From a virus (taxonomy: Duplodnaviria; Heunggongvirae; Uroviricota; Caudoviricetes): 64,000 nt of DNA. Numbering within the stretch: position 1 is the stretch's first letter; each line of letters starts with the position of its first letter. Under the pieces are notes generated by a model. That model searched no databases, was not told the origin of the DNA, and saw only the letters and a program-made list of their open reading frames with translations. A program made the translations under genes and the position numbers. The DNA lies in the IMG/VR virus record IMGVR_UViG_3300035520_000451; one strand, given 5' to 3'. This document shows, piece after piece, positions 9,201-19,376 of the stretch.

Positions 9201-10539
9201 AAATTCCTTCAGTGCCTGGCTGCATAAAAATTGCAGAAAACAATTTCTCTAATTGCTGGAAACTCCTTATATAAGGACAATCAGCAGCTAATACATAGAA
9301 TATGAAAGGCTTTAAGCACTCTCTATGTAAAGTTCAACGACTAGTCCGGATGGACGTACATTATTTATTAATGGAAATGGGAAATAACTTAATATTTAAA
9401 TTATGAAATATATTGTATATTTAACAACTAACGTACTTAACAACAAAATATATGTTGGAGTACACCAAACAGAAAATCCTGAAATATTTGATGGTTACTT
9501 AGGATGTGGGGTAAATATTCATGATTCTAGCTCAATTAACCATCCAAAAACTCCGTTTCAATACGCACTTAAAAAATATGGGTTTAATGCTTTTAAAAGA
9601 AGTACTATTCAAATATTTGACGTTTTATAGGACGCTTTAGATTTAGAAGAATCTATTGTAAACGAAGATTTTATAAAAAGATCTGATGTATATAATGTTA
9701 CTGTTGGAGGAGGTTATCCACCAATATTAAATAAAATAATTTATCAATATTCGTTAGAGGGTAAATTTATTAAATAGTGGAATTCTATAACAGAAGCAGC
9801 CATAAATTTTAATATAAATTCTTCAGCTATTGGTAATGCAGTATTACATTGTCATACTAGTGCTAATTATTTATGGGCAGATTACCAAGTTGATTAGTTA
9901 AATTTAGCTAATTTTAACATATACGCACCTAAAAAACCCGTATATCAATATAATTGTTTTGGAGAATTTGAATGCTGCTATGATTCTATAAGCGCTGCTG
10001 CAAAAGCATTAAACGTACATTTATCAAATATTCAAAGATCTTTAAAAGGTGGATATAGAACTAAAGAACACTATTTTTCTTTAGAATTAAAAGCTACTTT
10101 TTCACAGGCTAAAAACACTAGATTGAGAAATGCTCCTGTACATCAGTATTCTTTAGATGGAATATTTATAAAGTCTTTTGCTAGCATTAAAGAAGTTGAA
10201 AAAGAATTTGGGTGTAGAATGGATGGAATTAATGCTGCTATTAGAATGGGTGGACAGTGTAAAGGATTTCAGTGGTCTAGAGAAAAAGTAGAGGCATTAA
10301 AACCTTTGCAAAAATTATCATCTGAGAGTAAGAAAGTAGGACAATATACTCTAGATGGAAAATTAGTTAAAATATACAATACTGTTAGAGAATGTAGAAA
10401 AGATTTTGGAAATGTTTCTAAAGTTTTAAAAGGAATTGCAAAACATTGCAAAGGATATACATTTAAATATATAAGTTAAAGATATAGTCTGATCTTATTA
10501 GTAATAATAAGAAGTATTAACAACAAATCCGCTTATTTG
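9201..10539 (+). mobile_element. Group I intron 2 in the MCP gene (IA-like, 1339 nt)
   Basis: P1: exon CCAGGU pairs with GCCUGG (9214-9219). P10: UCCUUCAGU (9205-9213) pairs with 3' exon GUUGGAGGG. P at 9251, Q at 9279, R GUUCAACGACUA at 9332, S GAUAUAGUCU at 10481, terminal G at 10539. Confidence 0.9.
9403..10479 (+). CDS. Intron-encoded GIY-YIG homing endonuclease with NUMOD1-like repeats (TAG=Gln)
   Basis: MKYIVYLTTNVLNNKIYVGVH...DGYLGCG, 358 aa, three in-frame TAGs (9628, 9775, 9895). Clearly homologous to the intron 1 ORF. Confidence 0.88.
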
Positions 10540-10671
10540 GTTGGAGGGTTAAGCGGCACAGAATCAGGTATTGTTAGCTCACCTGTTGCTGGAAGTAAAT
10601 TAATCATGTTAGGATATGCTGGACTTGGCGTCTTTGCACCATACAGAAGCTTTATCCTTAGACAAGCATAA
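10540..10671 (+). CDS. Major capsid protein, exon 3 (43 aa plus stop)
   Basis: Reads VGGLSGTESGIVSSPVAGSKLIMLGYAGLGVFAPYRSFILRQA* and is followed by a terminator hairpin. Confidence 0.85.
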   Translation, partial: VGGLSGTESGIVSSPVAGSKLIMLGYAGLGVFAPYRSFILRQA

Positions 10672-10702
10672 GATAAATAAAATAAAATAAGAAAATTAGA
10701 TC

Positions 10703-10736
10703 AGACAGAGGGTTATATTCCCTCTGTCTAATTTTT
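10703..10736 (+). terminator. Rho-independent terminator after the MCP gene
   Basis: Perfect 10-bp stem AGACAGAGGG / CCCTCTGTCT with a 7-nt loop, followed by AATTTTT. Confidence 0.65.
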
Positions 10737-10754
10737 ATGACAATATGAAATAAT

Positions 10755-11612
10755 ATGGCTAAGAAAGAAACTACTCAAGCAGACTTAATTTTTGATAATA
10801 AAATAGTTCTTAGAAGTGTATATGGAAAAGTGGGAATGAAATACTTTATTCAACCTTGTAAAGATAAGATAGGACGGTATCCCGAATGCGTTAAGCAAGT
10901 AGACTCTCATGGAGATATGATACTTAGTGACGCTGAAAGAAATCTCTATGCTTCTAAATAGAAAGTGTTTTTCCCTGTAACTACTACTTTTGTAATAACA
11001 GATGGAGAAGTATTTGATTTAAAAAATCCAGAAGATAGTGCTAAATGGGAAGCTATTTAGAATTGTCCTTTGATTGCTCCAGAACTTAATGCAAAAAATG
11101 CAGATGGTACATATATGATTCATGGAACTATGGATCGTAAAGAAGTGAAACATCGTAGATATGGTACCGCAGAATTGTACATAGATAGACCTGGATTGGA
11201 AACTCAGAAACGAGTTACAAGAAAGCAAAAAGTTATCAAGGCTTGTAATTATATTATTGGCGACGATAAGGGTGCTGAAGGACGTCTATTGAAGGCTAAA
11301 TTGTTAGGTAAACATATGACTAATATGCCATCTACTGATGTAGAGGATTACTTACTTACTGTTGCAGAAAAAGATCCTGAAAGAATTATTAAATTATATG
11401 AAGCAGACGATCAAGATTTACGTTTGCTTTTAGTAGAGGCTCGCGATAAGGGTGTTGTTACTATTAAGAATAAAGTATATATTTATGGAACACGTCCTAT
11501 GGGAGGTACAGAAGAAGCAGTTCTTGAATGGATGAAGAATCCAAGTAATAAGAAGTTTGTAGACCTTCTTCAACAGGATACTTTCCCCGATTTGGTGCCT
11601 ACAGAAGATTAA
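10755..11612 (+). CDS. Conserved crAss-like protein downstream of the MCP gene (TAG=Gln)
   Basis: 285 aa. The track ORFs at 10755 and 11070 are in one frame, joined across two TAGs. Confidence 0.75.
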
Positions 11613-11641
11613 GCCATACTATCTTTTAAAATTATAAAGTT

Positions 11642-12640
11642 TTGACTGCTAGACAAATATGGGAAGGCTTACTTACTGAACTAAGTAAAGTAAATGCTCC
11701 AAGCATGCTTCTCCAAGACTTTAATTATTTTTTCAACAAGGCGGTTAATCAATATATAAATAGACGTTATAATATTTATGATGTTAATTAGTAGACCACA
11801 GATGATCTAAGAGTACTTAAAGCTACTGCAATATTAGAGCCTACTAAAACAACCAAGTATGACGCGGCAACACAATACACAGCAGGAAAATCTAAATTAT
11901 TTGGAGCTACTTATGAAATTGTTTTGCCCGATGATTATTTACATATGTTAAATTGCGTATGTATATATCATTTGGCAAAAAATTACAAATGCTACGATAA
12001 AGATAATTATGTAGAATTTCCTGCTAAGCGTTTAACTGCTGATGCTTGGTCTATTGTTGTTAATGATTATTATAACAGACCTCTTCCGGAACGTCCTTAC
12101 TATTATATACATAATGTAAATCAACAAACGGATTTGCCTACTAATATAATTTCGGACGAAATTGCTGGATCTACCGATCAAGTATGGACTGGACAAGAAA
12201 CTAGTACTGGGTATCAATCGCATGGGGAGTATCCAAAAACTATTAATTTAAAGGTAGGAAATGAAGAGCTTACAACTACTTTAATAGAAAAAGTTCCAGG
12301 ACTCAGATACGCTAATCCATCTAAAGTTAGATGTGAAATTAGATACGGTCGTGACGATTCTGTATTTGAGTTGAAAAAGGTATTTATTGATTATATTAAA
12401 GCCCCATAGACAATTAGACTTACTCAAGAACAAGTAGATCTTACTGAGGATACTTCACAAATAATGGAGTTTCCAGATTATGTATGCCAAGAGATTATAA
12501 ATGAACTGGTGCATCTTGTGATGGAAAATACAGCCGATCCAAGATTATAGTCACATCCTATAGTTACAACATCTATTGCAAATCCAGTTCAGCAATAGAC
12601 TCAAACTCCTACTTCTACAGCTACTAGAAGTTAGGCTTAA
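11642..12640 (+). CDS. Putative neck/ring (head-tail connector) protein, TTG start (TAG=Gln)
   Basis: Reads (M)TARQIWEGLLTELSKV.APS.LLQDFNYFFNKAVNQYIN.RYNIYDVN**TTDDLRVLK...EFPDYVCQEIINELV, 332 aa. The N-terminus resembles crAss-like ring proteins I recall (..NQQTTDDL..). Confidence 0.7.
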
Positions 12641-12652
12641 TAAATTTTAATT

Positions 12653-13615
12653 ATGTTTCAATTTACAACCACTACCGTAATTAACGCAAATCAAGACTAT
12701 ACTACTGGTCTTACTCCCCTTTGGGGAATTCAGGAAAAAGATGGTTCTACCAGTTTTAATATCAAGCGTCATCTTAACTTTAAGAAAGATAATGTATTGA
12801 GTATTACTAAGGCAGAATATTCTGATCCTAAGATTGCGAAGGCTACTTTAGACCTCTCAGCTCTTGGCAAGACTGAGGGTAACTTCCGTATTTCAATGTA
12901 TATTAAGTTAGCACAAACTTCTGCTAATTCTTATTATGCAAATGATCTCGTATTTAAGGGTAAACCTTTGTATGTAGAATTTGTATGGAAGAAGGGCGAA
13001 ACCGCTGCAAAAGTAGCTTCAAAAGTAAAAGAGATTGTAAAGAAATTTATGCTTACTGTTTATGAGAAATCTCTTGTAAACGTAACTGTTGAAGGTACTA
13101 AGATTATTATTACTGGTACCGATGAATACCAACGTTTTGTTAAAGTTGATATTGAAGAGTATGTAAAGGACGATTCTCCTTTGTACGGCAAGTATGAAGT
13201 TGTTAAATCCGCACTTCCCGAAAGTTTAAAGGATAGCGAGGATTATGATGCAAACTTCACTGTTGAACAAGGTGAGGAAGGCTTTGGTACTTACCAATGG
13301 ATTCTCAAGAATCTTCGTTTGCCGACCGCAACTAAGACTTCTTGGACTGCTATTACCGCAGATGAAGCTCCTGTTATTGGTGCTAAATATAACGAATATG
13401 TTATTCGCTATTGTGTAAATCGCGGCATTATGGGCGGCGATGCTGTTGGTGAGGTAACTAAATCACTTACTACTCATGTATTCTTTGTTAATCAAGATGT
13501 TGCTGACGACTTTGAAAAGGGATTAGCTGCAATTGCTCCTACCGCTGGTGTTGAGACAGTTCCTGCTGAGGCTGTTGAGAGTGTTGAGAGTGTAAGCTCT
13601 GACGAAGCTGAATAA
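12653..13615 (+). CDS. Abundant structural protein (possible auxiliary capsid protein)
   Basis: 320-aa ORF with no TAG, codon usage like the MCP gene, and its own terminator. Exact role is inferred. Confidence 0.6.
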   Translation: MFQFTTTTVINANQDYTTGLTPLWGIQEKDGSTSFNIKRHLNFKKDNVLSITKAEYSDPKIAKATLDLSALGKTEGNFRISMYIKLAQTSANSYYANDLVFKGKPLYVEFVWKKGETAAKVASKVKEIVKKFMLTVYEKSLVNVTVEGTKIIITGTDEYQRFVKVDIEEYVKDDSPLYGKYEVVKSALPESLKDSEDYDANFTVEQGEEGFGTYQWILKNLRLPTATKTSWTAITADEAPVIGAKYNEYVIRYCVNRGIMGGDAVGEVTKSLTTHVFFVNQDVADDFEKGLAAIAPTAGVETVPAEAVESVESVSSDEAE

Positions 13616-13666
13616 GCAACAAGTTTTTAATTAACTGATTTATTAACAAATATCTAATATACAAAG

Positions 13667-13701
13667 AAGGCGAGGGCGAGTAGCCTTCGCCTTTATTATT
13701 T
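13667..13701 (+). terminator. Rho-independent terminator
   Basis: Stem AAGGCGAGGGC / GCCTTCGCCTT with loop GAGTA and a T-rich tail. Confidence 0.75.
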
Positions 13702-13706
13702 TAATT

Positions 13707-14393
13707 ATGTATACTCAAATTGACAAATTAGTTTCTGCCATTAGGAATGATGTAGTATCAGGATTAAGAGGTTATCATACTAATCTTTCAATGTCAGATG
13801 AACAGCTAGCTGATGATATTATTGATGAACGTCTTTAGGTTATCAAAGAATATTCTTTAAAAGGATTATTACCTGTTAGGGATCTTTATATATCCATTAA
13901 TTGCATTCCTGTAGATTGTAAAGATATTGAAAGGTGTAGATGTAATAACAATGCAGATTTAACTCCTACAGCTCATTTTGAAATACCACAACTCTTAAAT
14001 GATTATGGATTACAATCAATAGATTATATAGGATCCAGCGATAGATAGCTGCCTTTCATTTATTATACTTCTTCTACTGCTTTTAGATACCATAAATATA
14101 AGAAAAGGGGAAAAGATAAACCCTATGTATGGATTGATACTACTCCTAATGAAAATGGTATGTATGATTGTTTCGTATATAATGCTCCTTTGTTAAAAAC
14201 AGTGTCTATTGCTGCTATTTTCAAAGATTTGCGACAATTAGATAAATATGAATGTTGTAATGATTATTAGGATAATAATTTAACATTTATAAATAATGAA
14301 ATTAAAAAAAGAGTAACCGAGAAGAAAATTAGATATTATAGAAGTTTTGCAGCTTCTAATATGCCGAACGATCAACAATATACAGCTGGATAA
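13707..14393 (+). CDS. Putative tail ring/adaptor protein (TAG=Gln)
   Basis: 228 aa reading MYTQIDKLVSAIRNDVVSGLRGYH...DDIIDERL*VIKEY..., missed by the track because of TAGs. TAATG overlap with the next gene. Confidence 0.7.
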
Positions 14394-15091
14394 TGGAAAA
14401 TCTTAACAATTTTCACTACGCAATGACCTTAATGGATTAGCTTTATGGCGTGACTATGCAAGAAGATAGTTGGGAAGAATTAGCACTTGTTGCATGGAAT
14501 CTTATAGGTAATAAAAGATATAGATTATATAGATATACTACATGCCCTTCTGGATGTAATAATACTGTAGAGTTGCCTTGTAATGCAGATATAATTGAAG
14601 CAGTAACTACATCTTTTGAAGACTGGAATAATACTTCTAATATTTACCCAGATGGAGATTTAAATTCTGCATATACGGAAGCTTATATAGAAAGTAAGAA
14701 AGACTTTAAAAGTCCATTATATGCAAGTGGTAAATTTATAAAGTATCATAGAGTTGGAGATACTTTATACTTTGACCGTCCTTATGGAGCTGTAAATATT
14801 TTATATAAGGGAGTAATATTAGATGAAGATGGACTTCCAGAATTGAATGATAAAGAAGCACTTGCTATTGCTACATATTGTGCATATATTAATAAATTTA
14901 AAGAGGGGTTATCCACTAATAATACTAATATTGCAAATATGGCAGCATATCTTAAAAAGGAATGGAATGTACAATGCGACTAGGCAAGAGTTACAGAATA
15001 TTTAAATCAAAATGATATGGATCAAATTCTAGATGCTAAAAGTAATTGGAATAGAAAGATTCATGGAAAATCATATAAAGCTTTTAGATAA
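14393..15091 (+). CDS. Putative tail tubular/ring protein (TAG=Gln)
   Basis: 232 aa containing ..FDRPYGAVNILYKGVILDEDGLPELNDKEALAIATYCAY.., a D..GLP motif typical of crAss-like ring proteins. Confidence 0.7.
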
Positions 15092-15540
15092 TGTTAAAAC
15101 AATATGCTTTAGGTTGTGCATTTAGTTGTAAAGAATTATTTGAAAACTTTCCTTTTAAAAAATTAAAAACTAATTGTGCAAAATGTAAAGAAATTATAGG
15201 TAACGCACATCGTGATATGCTTGCTACTAAAATATTTACAGAATGTGTACAATTAGTTTTAAATGATGTAATAGATAATAATGCTACTTTCTAGCTTCCT
15301 CTTAAAGGTAATAGAAAGTGTGATATTCATATGCAAAGATTTACTGGAGATAAATTTAAAACTCTTAGGAAATCAGGAAAGTGGGCAAATATTAATTTTT
15401 TGAAGTCTTATTTTACTGGGTATCAATTAGGACTATTTATGTATGGAAATAGAACTCCGAGAGTGAAGAACATTTATGTTAATAAGGAATTGCGAGATAA
15501 AATTACAAATAATACTAATGAAGGTAAACAATATTGTTAA
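15091..15540 (+). CDS. Conserved crAss-like protein, possible IHF/HU-like DNA-binding protein (TAG=Gln)
   Basis: 149 aa, basic, formed from two track ORFs in frame across the TAG at 15292. The IHF-like label rests on synteny with crAss-like tail regions only. Confidence 0.55.
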
Positions 15541-15556
15541 TTACCTATTAAAGTTG

Positions 15557-15564
15557 TATATTTG
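15557..15564 (+). promoter_or_regulatory. Bacteroidota-type -7 element
   Basis: TATATTTG in a 42-nt intergenic gap, with ATTG about 20 nt upstream. Confidence 0.45.
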
Positions 15565-15582
15565 TAAATACAGCAATGAATT

Positions 15583-16158
15583 ATGAAAATAACTAAAATT
15601 GAAGATTATTATGAAGAACTGTATAAAAAGTTTCCTTCAGTACCAAAAGAAGACATTTAGCGAATTGTAAACTTTGGTTGGAGATCTCTTTATCTTCATA
15701 ATAGTTATGGAGGTGATACTATTATAAATAGTAATAATTTATGGTGTTATATTGGAAATCTTAAAAAGAATCCTATTCAACATTTCAATTATTATATTAA
15801 GAAATTAATAGTTAAATTAAGAGTATTATATAAGAGAAGAAAGTCAGAATGGGATGGATATTATTATTTTGGATTAACAGAATCTGCATATCAAAATTAT
15901 TTACAACAGAAGAATAAAAGAGGTCGTCCTAAGAAATACTATAATTTCGGACAGGTCTTTATGTATCAAATGTTAGATGAATGCAAAATTGCAGAACATG
16001 CTTCTAAATATATATTCAGAATTCCATATATAACATAGATGACTTTTAAATTTTATATTCCAGAATTAATTACTGATAAAGCAGAATTAATTATTATAAG
16101 AGAACCTTTAAAATTTAAAGATATATTAGTAACTAATAATAATTATGATATTCTATGA
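15583..16158 (+). CDS. Basic conserved crAss-like protein, possible DNA-binding (TAG=Gln)
   Basis: 191 aa reading MKITKIEDYYEELYKKFPSVPKEDI*RIVNFGWRSLYLHNSYGGDT... The frame was read fully to the TGA. Confidence 0.7.
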
Positions 16159-19100
16159 AAAGATAGGAAACTACTAATACCTTCTCAGATGGATTAGTAA
16201 TGGATTTTAATCCTCTACTCACTCCAAATACGGTATTAACTAATGCATTAAATGCTACAATCCTAACGATGAATGGCAATGAAAATGTCCTTTAGAATGA
16301 TATGGGAAATGGAAGGGTAGAAACAGCCTGTCTTCCAGAAGGATATATACCATTAGGAACTGCAGAATTAGGGGGAATTATATATATTGCATCTTATAAT
16401 CCTTTAACTAATAAATCTCAAATAGGAAGTTTTCCATCCCCTGAAAGAAATGTGACTTCTGATGAAGTTGGAAATGTAACTTACTTACATTGTAAAGACT
16501 TTTACGGAACTTATGTTATAGATTATGAAGATGATTCTTATTATCCTGTAATTACAGATACTGTTAAAGTATTGCTAACTGATACTCAATTAAAAATTGG
16601 AGATAAATTTTGTGTTGGAAGTAACAATATTTAGAAAAATTCAGAGGTGCTAAGTGCTTTTAATAATTAGGATAATAATATAAATAAAGATCCTAAATAT
16701 TTGAAATTACATATTGTATCAATACAAGATGATGGTAAAATAGTATATTTAGATGATAATTTAGTTTGGTATAGTAATCCAAATTATTATATAAATAGTA
16801 CTGAACCTATAAGTAATGGAAAAATAACTTTGTCAGAATATCGAGATGTAATAAATTCTAATTATAGCGTATTTACATCTTCTGTTCCCGGAAAACTTGC
16901 TATTATTGCTAAGTTAGAGGTTATTGAAGAATTTACAGCTTCAGTTAAAGTTGCAAAACAGAAAGACGATTAGGTTACTTGTTCTTTCAACACTAATTGG
17001 ATTTATAATAACGATGATCCAGAATCTAGAAAATTAGTAAATCCAAAATACATTGTAGTAAATTGGAAAAAGAAAACAGAGAACTAGGGAGAGGTTGCAG
17101 GCTGGACATTCTTAGAAATACCCACAGAATAGTTACAAAATAGAAATAATGACGGATTCGATCCTGAAATATCTTTTTCTGAAATATTGGATATAAGCGA
17201 TGCTGTAGGAATTGTAAAATTAACTATCTATCCAGTAATGGAATATGGTTATATTGAATATTTAGGTACTTCTGTAAATATAGATATGGATAAGTTGGGA
17301 AAAGATATTACAGACTTAAATGAATATCGTTATTATATAGAAGATTCTATACTAACATTATCTTATGGATTTGATTCTTATCCTAATATTGGAGAATCTG
17401 TAAATTCTGTAGAGTTTAATTTTTATCCTTTTAATGATACTAACTATAAAGCTTTATTTTTAGATGGGTATGATGTAGACAATGATGCTGAAGGAAATGA
17501 TTGTGCTATAAGTAATCTTTGGACTACAACAAATATAAATTTAGAAAAAGAACTCGAATATAGTATAGAAAATAAGGCTAGTTCTATGCTTGGTCATTTT
17601 GATAAAGTTATTTATTTTGACCAATCTGAGGAATCAGGATTAAAAAAGAATCAATGTTATATTGTAAAATTAACTATAAATTATACTAAAGAAACTAGAT
17701 ATTATTATCGCATTCTATATACTTCTGATATATTCAATTCAGCATATTACTCAGAAACTGATTTTAATGAATTAATTTTAGAAAATTATATAGAATTTAC
17801 ACCGAAAAGTTCAGTAGCTATAAATACTATTTCAGAATCTAGAACTTTACAGTAGGATAATAGCACTATAGATTAGATTCCTTATAAACAAGACGAGAGT
17901 ACTACTTAGGAATATAAAATAATAGATTAGTTTGAAGATGAACTTTCTGCAACTATTTCTTTAGATTCTTCAAATTCTATAATATCTAAACATATAACAG
18001 GTGTTCAAGAATATGAAATAAGTACTTCTAATGATCATAATTCTACTATACAATATATAAGTAATGCTATTGAAGTATCTAATATAACTTTTGCAGATAC
18101 TACTAAACTTTTTGATATAAAAGCTGACAATTCGGGTAATATTAAAATAACTAATAAATATGTTTATAGTCTATTTACTCCGATAAAAGTATTTTATAAT
18201 GATCTAAATTATTTACAAACTGCATATTAGTTGAGTAATTTAGAAGGAACTATTTTATATCTAACTTCTTTTGGACAAGATACTCATTTTATTTTGGGAC
18301 TTTCGGATATTAGAGAGCATCCTGCAAGCAGTTCTTGCACAGTAAAAACTGGAGATGATACAACTAAAGATTATACTAATTTATAGAGTATTCCAACTAT
18401 TGGAACTGGTATTTAGAGAGAATTATAGGATCGAGATTGGATTGCATTATAGTTTAATGTTTGGACACATAAGAAGGGGTCTCCATTTATTTTCTCAATT
18501 GGCGAAAGTAAAAATCAAGGAGTTGGAATTAATAAACAAGACATTAAAACTACTATTGCAGACGGCACTGCTTAGTTCTCTATTGTTTTATTCTGTTTAA
18601 AGACAGAATCTGGATTTGTAACTTTCGTTCCTTATAATTATTTTGGAACGGAGTGGACTAAAACTCCAGATGAGTATTCTGGAACTAAAGCAATGGAATC
18701 TACTGAGACTAATATAAGTACTGATAAAGAATTTTATCCGAGACTTTCTACATTAGGAACTACAGAAGAAGATATTAAATAGTAGTTTTCTGGTTTTTAT
18801 AAATTAACATCTTATACTGGTTAGGGAATTCCTTGTTATACTTATAGTAATATAGGGTATTGGAATAATTATACTGCTACTAGAACAACAGAAATAGATG
18901 TAAAAGTTGATTATACATATATTATTAATAATACTGTAGTACAACGAAAAAGTGTTATTCCTAATTTGTGGCACAATGGAAACAATACTGAAAGTATCAC
19001 TTATAAAACTACTAAAAATATTAATATCTCTAATATTTTACAAAATATAATGAATTTTAATTTGGTTGCTTCTGATAAGATATATAATGGGGAAACTTTT

Positions 19101-19376
19101 ATTAATTTAAAAGGAAATAAACAATCTATATACACTAAAGATGGATCTGTAGTAAAATCAATCTTTAATTCTAATGTATCTTTAAATGGAAATTATTTAC
19201 AAATTACAGAAAATACCGGATTAAAATCTATGATACTTACATGTAGATAGGAAGAGTAGGGATGCTATATTTAGGATATTAAATTAGTAAATAAAATAGA
19301 GAATAAAACATATAATAAAAATTATTATACAGATAGTTCAGAATATTTTGTAGACGATTCAGACATAAATGAGTAA
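16155..19376 (+). CDS. Large tail protein (stabilisation/muzzle-type) 1 (TAG=Gln)
   Basis: 1073 aa starting MKR*ETTNTFSDGLVMDFNPL.TPN.VLTNALNAT..T.NGNENVL*NDMGN, a conserved crAss-like tail protein start. The track ORFs at 16302, 16701, 17187 and 18966 share one frame. Confidence 0.75.

Noticed and set aside
7387-10539. Interpreting the MCP interruptions as inteins or as separate genes
   Set aside because: The inserts contain TAA stops in the MCP frame and show full group I P1, P7, P10, P/Q/R/S and terminal-G signatures. The exons rejoin in frame.
15091-15540. This gene also ends in Cys (..GKQYC*)
   Set aside because: The next gene starts MKITK with no N-terminal Cys, so it does not fit the reciprocal pattern of the giant proteins and is treated as chance.
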